Of a DNA stretch of 64,000 nt, positions 18,974 through 26,631 are shown piece by piece. The translations under genes were made by a program, and so were the position numbers. The DNA is from Candidatus Hydrogenedentota bacterium. Lineage in GTDB: Bacteria; Hydrogenedentota; Hydrogenedentia; Hydrogenedentales; SLHB01. The notes beneath the pieces were generated by a model, which was not told the DNA's origin, did no database searches, and saw only the letters and a program-made list of their open reading frames with translations. Location of the stretch: positions 77,889 through 141,888 of the forward strand of contig BTWA01000007.1 of assembly GCA_045863295.1 (NCBI GenBank). Direction: 5' to 3'. Positions within the stretch are counted from its first letter, which is position 1. Each line of letters opens with the position of its first letter.

Positions 18974-20464
18974 ATGCGTATTGCCATCGCCGGTTTCATG
19001 CACGAGTCCAACACCTTCACAGGCGAGAAGACCGAACTCCGCCATTTTCAGGAAGCCTACTACCATCGCGGCGAAGAACTTGTCCCGGTCTGGCAGGACG
19101 CGCATCACGAACTGGGCGGGTTTATTGCCGGTTGCCGCGAAGCGAACGTCGAACTTGTCCCGCTCCTGGCCGCATGGGCCACCCCCAAGGGCCCCGTCAC
19201 CGACGCGGCTTACGAACACATTGCCGCCGAACTGCTCAAATGCCTTCGCGCCGCGGGACCTATCGACGGCCTGCTGCTCGCGTTGCATGGGGCCATGGTC
19301 ACCGAATCGCACTCGAGCGCCGACAGCGAAACGGTGCGCCGCGTCCGCTCCGCAATAGGCTCAACCGTCCCGCTCATTCTCTCGCTCGATATGCACGCCA
19401 ATGTCACGGAAGACATGATTCGACTCCCAGACGCCACCGTCGCTTACCGCACCTATCCACATGTCGACCAACGCGAACGAGGACGCGAATGCGCCCGGCT
19501 TGCCATCGGCGCCGCGCAGGGAAAAATCAAACCGGTGCAGGCGGGATGCAAACTGCCCCTGCTGATTCACATCGTCCAGCAATTCACCGGCTCCGGCCCC
19601 ATGGCCAGCGTGTACAGTGCCGTTGAACGAACCGCGACCCAATCCGGCATCCTCTCGGTCTCGTGTTCGCCCGGATACATTTACGCCGATGTCCCGCACA
19701 TGGGCGTCTGCGTGAACGTCGTCGCAGACCGCGACACCTCGATCGCGAAGGCCGCTGCATCCGCACTCGCCAAGGAGATATTCGCATTAAGAGACGAATT
19801 GAACGCGGGATTGCCCGACACCGCCTCCGCCGTCGCACAAGCCAAAGCGCTCGAGGGTACCGTCTGCCTGATGGACTCCGGCGACAACATCGGCGGCGGC
19901 GGGCCCGGCGATTCCACCATTCTGTTTCACGAACTGTGCAAACAGGGCGTGCCCCGAGTTTGCGTCGTACTCTACGATCCCGAAGCCGCACGCACCTGCG
20001 CGGAAGCGGGGGAAGGCGTGCGCGTCGCCCTTAGGGTCGGAGCGAAAACCGACGCCCAACACGGTGCTCCCGCATCCATCACAGGGAAGGTGCTTCATAT
20101 CTCCGACGGCGTCTTCGTCGAGGAGGAAGCCCGCCACGGCGGCATGCGCGAATACAACCAGGGACTGACCGCGGTCGTGCACACCGACGACGGACACACG
20201 GTCGTCCTCAACAGTCTGCGTGTCATGCCCACCAGTCTGCGGCAACTGCTCAGCCTCGGCATTGATCCCGCAAAACACAAAGCCATCATCGTCAAAGGCG
20301 TTACCGCGCCCCGCGCCGCCTACGACCCTATCGCCGCGGCCATAATCCCCGTCGATACCCCCGGCGTCACCCAGGCCGGCCCCGAGGCATTCGAATACAA
20401 GAATCGCCCACAGCCGCTCTACCCGCTCGATCCGATCGAAAGCTGGAAACTAACATGCTGGTAA
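18974..20464 (+). CDS. M81-family metallopeptidase (MlrC/microcystinase C-like; DUF1485+DUF1446)
   Basis: The N-terminus MRIAIAGFMHESNTF is the hallmark of the MlrC N-terminal domain. The 496-aa length fits, and it starts 8 nt after the aminotransferase stop. Confidence 0.75.
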   Translation: MRIAIAGFMHESNTFTGEKTELRHFQEAYYHRGEELVPVWQDAHHELGGFIAGCREANVELVPLLAAWATPKGPVTDAAYEHIAAELLKCLRAAGPIDGLLLALHGAMVTESHSSADSETVRRVRSAIGSTVPLILSLDMHANVTEDMIRLPDATVAYRTYPHVDQRERGRECARLAIGAAQGKIKPVQAGCKLPLLIHIVQQFTGSGPMASVYSAVERTATQSGILSVSCSPGYIYADVPHMGVCVNVVADRDTSIAKAAASALAKEIFALRDELNAGLPDTASAVAQAKALEGTVCLMDSGDNIGGGGPGDSTILFHELCKQGVPRVCVVLYDPEAARTCAEAGEGVRVALRVGAKTDAQHGAPASITGKVLHISDGVFVEEEARHGGMREYNQGLTAVVHTDDGHTVVLNSLRVMPTSLRQLLSLGIDPAKHKAIIVKGVTAPRAAYDPIAAAIIPVDTPGVTQAGPEAFEYKNRPQPLYPLDPIESWKLTCW

Positions 20465-20726
20465 CATCGAAACCGGACAAAATGGAGAATTACTCACGCA
20501 ACGCCGCAAAGAACTTGAAAGTTCCGGATCTAAGTAGGCAAGAAGGAATCGCTGCTGAAATCAGGTACGTTTAAGCCCGAGCAACAACGGAAAATCCACG
20601 AAGTTCCAACTGAAAATCACTTTGCGTCTTCGCGACTTTGCGTGAAATCAAAATCGTGTCCTGGAAGTTTAGTTCTCATTGTGCGCGCAAAAGGGACTAT
20701 ACTTACTACCTATGGGCGTTCCAACG

Positions 20727-21851
20727 ATGACGTTTCTGCGCCGAAATTCGACTCAATTTCTTTGCGGCCTCTGCGTTTTCGCCCTCGTGCCCGATTCAAT
20801 TCCTGCGCAGGAATGGCCCACGCTGCCCGATGCAAACGCCGCCATCGTGGTGCCCGCCCAGGAATGGGCCTTCGAACCCGCCCCTCGCACGGTCAACGCC
20901 TACCTCCATTACCCCAACGGTTCGATCGCCAACGTCGACGCCAACACCGGCCTTATGCTCAGCCTGCACAACTGGGGCGGCACCCACGCCACCGGCGCGC
21001 CAGACCCCGATACGCTCGCCGATCGCTATAATGTCATTGCCATCTGCGTCGACTACCTGCAGAGCGGCAAATGGAATCCCGAAACAAATCACCCCTACGA
21101 CTTCGGTTACCTGCAGGCCCTCGACGCGCTCCGATCCCTCTATGCCGTCTGGTCCCAACTCGACGCGCGCGAGATCGCGTTCGACAAGGCTCGCATCTAC
21201 GCCGCGGGCGGCTCCGGCGGCGGCAACGTCGCCCTCATGGCCAACAAACTCGCCCCCCGCACCTTCGCCGCCATCGTAAACCTTAGCGGCATGGTGCGCC
21301 TCACCGACGACATCGCCTTCGGACTCGAAGGCGGAAGCGATCTCAACGCCGGATACAGCAACGATCCGAAAAGCCCACGCTTTTTATCGAAGGACGATCA
21401 GGAATTGCGCTTCATCGGAAATCCCGATCATCTCGTGAAACAGGTGTCCCTGGGAAACAAACCCAAAGTGATCGTGGTCCACGGCGCAAACGACGATACA
21501 TGCCCCACCGCGGACACGCGCCAAATGGTGGATACCATGATCGCCGCCGGAATGGACGTCGACGCCCACATCGTCGAAGAGAGTGATATAGACGGCGAAA
21601 TCTTCACCGACACAAAACACTCCCTCGGCGACCGGACAAAAATCGTCCTGCATCTGGCCGGCAAATACCTGCAGCCCGATTCCCCCGAAGCCGCCCGCCG
21701 CTCCATCCCCGCCGACTTCGATCGCAAAGACCGCGCCGTCCGCTACCCAACCCCCCGCGGCGTTTTCATCATCTCCTACGAAAACGGCTACCCCCAAGGC
21801 CGCTTCGAACGGAATGATCGCGATCCCTCCGATCAAGTCGTATTTCCCTGA
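20727..21851 (+). CDS. Secreted alpha/beta-hydrolase (esterase/peptidase-like, GGSGG nucleophile elbow)
   Basis: Internal ATG 20727 gives signal peptide MTFLRRNSTQFLCGLCVFALVPDSIPAQE. It has an AAGGSGGGNVALMA serine motif and downstream VIVVHGANDDTCP and His-containing segments, consistent with a Ser/Asp/His triad. Confidence 0.55.
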   Translation: MTFLRRNSTQFLCGLCVFALVPDSIPAQEWPTLPDANAAIVVPAQEWAFEPAPRTVNAYLHYPNGSIANVDANTGLMLSLHNWGGTHATGAPDPDTLADRYNVIAICVDYLQSGKWNPETNHPYDFGYLQALDALRSLYAVWSQLDAREIAFDKARIYAAGGSGGGNVALMANKLAPRTFAAIVNLSGMVRLTDDIAFGLEGGSDLNAGYSNDPKSPRFLSKDDQELRFIGNPDHLVKQVSLGNKPKVIVVHGANDDTCPTADTRQMVDTMIAAGMDVDAHIVEESDIDGEIFTDTKHSLGDRTKIVLHLAGKYLQPDSPEAARRSIPADFDRKDRAVRYPTPRGVFIISYENGYPQGRFERNDRDPSDQVVFP

Positions 21852-22014
21852 AGTGTGGATTCGTCAACAGAATACAAAGAGGGACAAAACGTAGCCCCAA
21901 TGCACACAACGGGATTGGTGAAGAAGCGCCAAAGCCATGCAGAGATTCCTGAACCGCAGATTCACTTTACTCGCTTCTTGCCTGTGTACATCTGTGTAAT
22001 CTGCGGACGATTCC

Positions 22015-22080
22015 TCATTCATTTGGCCGCGTCCACATCCCCATCGGATCCGGCCCGTCGCCCGTCTTGCCATGCACCGA
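22015..22080 (-). pseudogene. Relic 3'-terminal fragment (about 20 codons) homologous to the 3' end of the GHL-YVTN gene at 26628..28715
   Basis: The minus strand encodes ...VHGKTGDGPDPMGMWTRPNE* against ...KVLKTGDGPDPMSMWFPPRP* at the end of the intact gene. The nucleotide match includes an identical 23-mer, aagacgggcgacgggccggatcc. An in-frame TAG lies immediately upstream, so only the tail is present. Confidence 0.45.
22018..22075. repeat. Left copy of a roughly 55-60-bp imperfect direct repeat (ttggc..ccacat...ggatccggcccgtcgcccgtcttg...gcacc)
   Basis: Compared by eye with 26640..26695: the 24-nt core ggatccggcccgtcgcccgtcttg is identical and the flanks are about 75% identical. Confidence 0.6.
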
Positions 22081-22145
22081 AAGTCTCTACATAGTTGGCG
22101 CAAAAGCTGCTTTTTTTTCAGTTGCGGACTGACGCCTTTTGAACT

Positions 22146-22529
22146 ATGCTAACGCTGCTGTCCCTGTACTCCAATACTCAAGTTGTCGGCATAAGGGCAT
22201 TAATAATGCGTATTGCTGAGCAAAGCCAAGTGAGTCGAGTATGCATTCATTCAGCATTATTATGCTTTATCGCCGCAAATTGCGCTGCTGAGTCCAAACA
22301 CCCGGACGGGTACGTTTTCTACGCCGAAACCTTCGATTTCGGACATGTCGCCGCCGAAACTACCGCAGTGCACATGGAGCCTGCGACTCGCGCCAAGCTC
22401 ATCATTCAAGTTCCCTGGGATCCCAATCACGCTTCGCGTGTGTACAAATCTACGATTGAGGTAACGGCGCTCATCGATGGAAAGACGGAGCGAACCCAAT
22501 TGGAAGCATACGGACTGTACAACGATTAA
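22146..22529 (+). CDS. Hypothetical small secreted protein (low-GC region)
   Basis: 127-aa ORF with an internal hydrophobic N-region (VCIHSALLCFIAANCAAES). No recognisable domain. Local GC is about 40-47% against about 60% elsewhere. Confidence 0.45.
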   Translation: MLTLLSLYSNTQVVGIRALIMRIAEQSQVSRVCIHSALLCFIAANCAAESKHPDGYVFYAETFDFGHVAAETTAVHMEPATRAKLIIQVPWDPNHASRVYKSTIEVTALIDGKTERTQLEAYGLYND

Positions 22530-22603
22530 AAACGCTGGCATACGTCGCCGAACAGGCAAAAGTCGGTTTATCGTCAGCGTAACAACGATCGCAAGAGGTA
22601 TCC

Positions 22604-23620
22604 GTGATGATTCGGACAATCGCTTGGCCAATGATAGCAACCTTGACCGTACTGGCAGCCTCAGGGCAGGAACTCATTACCGGCCCGGCATCGGATCCGC
22701 CCGAAGAATTGCTGGTGCTCGCCCGGGAGTCTAAGGCGATCTACGACAGTATTACGTCATTTAGGGCACACGTCACTAAAGTAACTCGCACTGGGGGAGC
22801 GTCGGCACAAAGCCCAACGCAACCGGTAAACGAAAGAATCGATCGGGTCGAGGCGGAAATGGGCTTCAAGGATGGCTGGTACAGACTCATCCGCAACTGG
22901 ACCACCGAGACCAAGAACCCGGATACGACATCATTTCAAAAGATCACGGTTCTGCTGACGGATTCGTTCTTCTTCCAGTCGTTGGAAGGAAACGAGCAGC
23001 ATCCCGTCAAGACGAGCAGGCAATACTTCGAATTGGCTTCAAAAGATGCACTCGCGCCGAATCAGGATATGTACATCAAGCAGATGTGGAAGCCCGACCC
23101 TAGAATTTTTGGTTACACGATAGGCGACGGAACATTACTTATTGATTACATTGAAAAGATGTCGGATTATCCGGGAGCGGTGTGGTCCCTTCGAAAGTCG
23201 GAAGGAGTCTATTACGCTACAATCCACTTTGATGGTGATGTCCAGAACGGCAGACATCGATCATCCTTCGAAATAGACGCCGAGCGAGACTTCTTTATTC
23301 AGAAAGCAGAGTCGACCAATCGCGAAGGCGTAGTTGGAAGTAGTAGAACCATAGAGCCCCAACAGGTCGATGGTCTCTGGTTTGTCAGCCTTGTTCAAAG
23401 CAAGCTTGTTGATTTGGAGTCAGAAGTAACCTATACGAATGTCGAAATAAACCCAGAGTTTGACGTGGACTATTTCACTCTCAGAAGCTTTGCATTCAAG
23501 GAATCGGATACGATGAACTCGTATTCCCAGGATCGAAGCAGAAAGACGGAAATGGTCTATTGGGGTGGCAAATGGATATCAATCGACCAGTTACGGGAGA
23601 ACAGTATTCCAAAGAAGTGA
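22604..23620 (+). CDS. Hypothetical secreted protein (low-GC region)
   Basis: 338 aa with signal peptide MMIRTIAWPMIATLTVLAASGQE. No recognisable domain. The composition and codon usage are consistent with a real CDS. Confidence 0.55.
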   Translation: MMIRTIAWPMIATLTVLAASGQELITGPASDPPEELLVLARESKAIYDSITSFRAHVTKVTRTGGASAQSPTQPVNERIDRVEAEMGFKDGWYRLIRNWTTETKNPDTTSFQKITVLLTDSFFFQSLEGNEQHPVKTSRQYFELASKDALAPNQDMYIKQMWKPDPRIFGYTIGDGTLLIDYIEKMSDYPGAVWSLRKSEGVYYATIHFDGDVQNGRHRSSFEIDAERDFFIQKAESTNREGVVGSSRTIEPQQVDGLWFVSLVQSKLVDLESEVTYTNVEINPEFDVDYFTLRSFAFKESDTMNSYSQDRSRKTEMVYWGGKWISIDQLRENSIPKK

Positions 23621-23638
23621 CCCATCAGTTCTTGGCTG

Positions 23639-23672
23639 CAACTCCGGATTGAACAACACCCAACCGGAGTTG
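23639..23672 (+). terminator. Stem-loop (9-bp perfect stem caactccgg/ccggagttg, 16-nt loop) followed by a second short hairpin ccccactatgtgggg
   Basis: Inverted repeats read directly from the sequence, 19 nt after the stop of 22604..23620. There is no U-tract, so intrinsic-terminator function is uncertain. Confidence 0.3.
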
Positions 23673-23697
23673 TGGCCCCACTATGTGGGGTACCGCG

Positions 23698-26631
23698 ATG
23701 AAACGTCGATTTGCGCTCGTCTTGCTGTTGCTCAGCGTCACATTCGGTGCGGCTGTATTCTTCTTCGCCAATGGCCGGTCGAATGACAGCAATCGGCCAA
23801 TCCGCCCCGAAAAAGTGGAAGAGGCCAATTATTCCTTTGTCGAAACCGGCCCGGCACCCGAGCCGGAGCACATCGCGCGCGCGGCGATCCGCGCGGAGGG
23901 CGACGCGATACTCAGAGGCCGCGTTCTCGCGTTGGACGGCCAACCCGTTCCGAACGCCGCCATCCGGATCGTGGCGAAGACAACCACATGGAATCACGAA
24001 GGCGGCAGGGTCGGTGAAGAGACACGTCTGCAATCCGATCCCACAGGAGCGTTTGATGCATCACCGCTTCCATTCGGCCACTACCTCGTAATAGCAAGTC
24101 ACGAAGAAGGCTACGCATCCGAGGCGGTCCGCCTGACACGGCGCATCTCGCAAGAGGATGTGCTACTTGTGCTCCATCCGGGAGAGACCATCGCCGGACT
24201 TGTGCGTTCGACAGATGGAACCGCCATCGGCGGCGCGGAGGTGTTCCCCGTGGCATTCAATGGAACGCTTGTCCCGCGCGCCAAAATGGCTGCGTCCATG
24301 GTAACCACGGATTCTGACGGCCGCTTTGCGATGGGCGGATTGGCCGCGGGCCGTTGGATTCTGGTGGCAAAAGCCAAAGACTACGCGCCTGCGGAATCCG
24401 CGGAACAGGTGACCGGATCGGATTCCTGCGAGATCATTCTGGACGCGGGCGCACCGGTTCGCGGAACGGCCATCGACACCGTCACGAACCTGCCCATACC
24501 CAATCTCGTGGTTTCAGCCCTGCCAATCGGTACTCACATACCCAAGGAAACCATCAGCACGGACGATAACGGTCAATTCATGTTCGACCATCTGCCTCAG
24601 GTGAGCTGCGAAATCGGCGTGGACGATGAAAGCTATCTCCTTCTTGAAGGATTGCCGTTGGTGATGCCCGCCGAACCGGCACCGGACATCACGCTACGGC
24701 TCACCAAGGGCGGCGAAGTACGCGGACGCGTGTATGAGGTGGCGTCCGGAGAAGGCGTGAGCGAGGTTCGAATCAGCGCGGAGATCCGGTCGGCGATCGG
24801 CACTTTCCAATTCCAGACTCAGCAGCGCAAGCCGGGCGAACCGGAGATCCCGCTCCGCACTCCATCGACCCTCCCGGACGGCACGTTTTCCATTACTGGC
24901 CTCGCGCCGGGCATGTACCACATTAGCGCGAGTTCGTTTGTGCCCGGCTTCGGGTCAACCCGGCAACGCGATATGGAAACAGACGTGCAACTCAATCCCG
25001 GCGATGTAATTGAAGGGATAGAATTTGCTATAGACCGGGGCATCGTGATGAGCGGACTTGTAGTGGACGTGGATGGGAAGCCGGTGCCCGGATCACGGGT
25101 CAATTGCTGGTATCTCGAAAAAGTGTCCAGGCGGAGCCAGGTTGCCAATGCCGATAACGCCGGCCGGTTCGTGTTTACAGAGATGCGTCCCGATCACGAA
25201 GTAACGGTGTGGGCCGAAGCCGGATCGACAGAAAGCGAAAAAATCGGCCCGCTGATGATCCCGGCCGGTGGACTCCATGAAGTGAAGATCGTAATGACGG
25301 CTACAAAAGATGCAAAGATCAGCGGTACCGTCGTCAATCAGCAAGGCAAACCAGTCGAAGTAACGGTAACAGGCCTCGAACAGACTGAACTGCCAAACCC
25401 AAAGCGGTTCACCACTCAATCCGCATCGGATGGCCGTTTCCTGGTCCCTAACGTGTCTGCGGGAGTGTACGACGTCTCGCTGAACGCGGGCAGGAACGAA
25501 AAACGTCCCGCAGGCGAGGTCACCGTCAATCCAGGCCAGTTTGTACGGGACGTCAGGCTCGTTTTTGAAGAGCAGCCTCTCTATACCATCGAAGGGCATG
25601 TCTCGGACGAAAGCGGCAATCCCCTTGAAGCCTATGTTTCCTATAACCGGGTTGTAGAGAGTACGGCAACGAATCTGGGCGGCGTTCGTTCAGGATCGGA
25701 CGGCTCTTTTCGGATTGAGGGCTTGGAGCAAGGCGCCTATTCCATACACGCGGACTGCGCCGGGTTTGCGTCAGAAGCCACCATGGTAAACGCGGGTGAT
25801 TCAGGAATTCAGATTGTGTTGCGACCGCTAACCGGCACGCTCGCGGGCCGTGTTGTGGATGTGCAAGGCCACGCGGTTCCCGCATTCCGGATTGCTCTCT
25901 TTCGCGATAGTGATTATCGCGGGGTATCCAGCGCGCCCAAAAACATCGTCGATCAGGCTGGGTCATTCGAAATGCAAGTGCGTGAAGGCACATACCGCAT
26001 AGAAGTGCAGGCAGACGGTTATCTTGCAGAGGAAAAAGACGCGGTCGAGGTGGCAACGGGGCAACGCTCGACCGCCACCTTCACCTTGCGGCCGGGAGAT
26101 GCGGAAGTGCGCGGAACGATCGTGGATGCGGCGGGTCAACCCGTGGTATCGGCAAAGATCTTCACGCAGAGACAGCAGGAAAACGGCGAACTGGGCACGA
26201 GTTCCGCCGCGGCCCGATCCGATGCGGAAGGCAGATTCACCCTCCACGCCGTTCCAGACAAACCGCTTGCGATCTCGGCCACGCATCCCAGCGCCGGATC
26301 CGGTTCCGCGATGGTGACGCCAAGATCGAACGCTCCGCAGTCGGTGACCATCGCGTTAGCCGCATTGGGAAAAGTGACAGGGGCTATTCGTGTCCAGGGA
26401 AACCCGCTCACCGGCGGCACAGTCCTGTTGTGCCGGGGCGGCATTGCGTTGTCCTCGGAGTACACCAAGGCCGGTGGCTTATACGAATTCGATCAGGTGG
26501 AAGCAGGCAGATACGACATTGTGGCCTACCCAGGCTTCATAAGCCAAAGTTATCAAGACGCCCCCGCGCCACTCTCTAGAACAGCCGAAATCGTGGACGG
26601 CGCTGTTACCGTAGTCGATTTTGATTTCTAG
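23698..26631 (+). CDS. Large membrane-anchored/secreted protein composed of about 10-12 tandem carboxypeptidase-regulatory-like (CarboxypepD_reg, transthyretin-like beta-sandwich) domains
   Basis: Start MKRRFALVLLLLSVTFGAAVFFFA (signal anchor). A unit of about 80-90 aa recurs, opening with [LIV]xGxVxDxxGxPVxxAx[IV] (LRGRVLALDGQPVPNAAIRIV; IAGLVRSTDGTAIGGAEVF; VRGRVYEVASGEGVSEVRI; MSGLVVDVDGKPVPGSRVN; ISGTVVNQQGKPVEVTVTG; IEGHVSDESGNPLEAYVSY; LAGRVVDVQGHAVPAFRIALF; VRGTIVDAAGQPVVSAKIF; VTGAIRVQGNPLTGGTVLL). Confidence 0.7.
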   Translation: MKRRFALVLLLLSVTFGAAVFFFANGRSNDSNRPIRPEKVEEANYSFVETGPAPEPEHIARAAIRAEGDAILRGRVLALDGQPVPNAAIRIVAKTTTWNHEGGRVGEETRLQSDPTGAFDASPLPFGHYLVIASHEEGYASEAVRLTRRISQEDVLLVLHPGETIAGLVRSTDGTAIGGAEVFPVAFNGTLVPRAKMAASMVTTDSDGRFAMGGLAAGRWILVAKAKDYAPAESAEQVTGSDSCEIILDAGAPVRGTAIDTVTNLPIPNLVVSALPIGTHIPKETISTDDNGQFMFDHLPQVSCEIGVDDESYLLLEGLPLVMPAEPAPDITLRLTKGGEVRGRVYEVASGEGVSEVRISAEIRSAIGTFQFQTQQRKPGEPEIPLRTPSTLPDGTFSITGLAPGMYHISASSFVPGFGSTRQRDMETDVQLNPGDVIEGIEFAIDRGIVMSGLVVDVDGKPVPGSRVNCWYLEKVSRRSQVANADNAGRFVFTEMRPDHEVTVWAEAGSTESEKIGPLMIPAGGLHEVKIVMTATKDAKISGTVVNQQGKPVEVTVTGLEQTELPNPKRFTTQSASDGRFLVPNVSAGVYDVSLNAGRNEKRPAGEVTVNPGQFVRDVRLVFEEQPLYTIEGHVSDESGNPLEAYVSYNRVVESTATNLGGVRSGSDGSFRIEGLEQGAYSIHADCAGFASEATMVNAGDSGIQIVLRPLTGTLAGRVVDVQGHAVPAFRIALFRDSDYRGVSSAPKNIVDQAGSFEMQVREGTYRIEVQADGYLAEEKDAVEVATGQRSTATFTLRPGDAEVRGTIVDAAGQPVVSAKIFTQRQQENGELGTSSAAARSDAEGRFTLHAVPDKPLAISATHPSAGSGSAMVTPRSNAPQSVTIALAALGKVTGAIRVQGNPLTGGTVLLCRGGIALSSEYTKAGGLYEFDQVEAGRYDIVAYPGFISQSYQDAPAPLSRTAEIVDGAVTVVDFDF

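Noticed and set aside
20465-20726. 262-nt intergenic region with a 30-codon mini-ORF (MENYSRNAAKNLKVPDLSRQEGIAAEIRYV)
   Set aside because: No RBS/context support and no conservation evidence. Treated as untranslated spacer.
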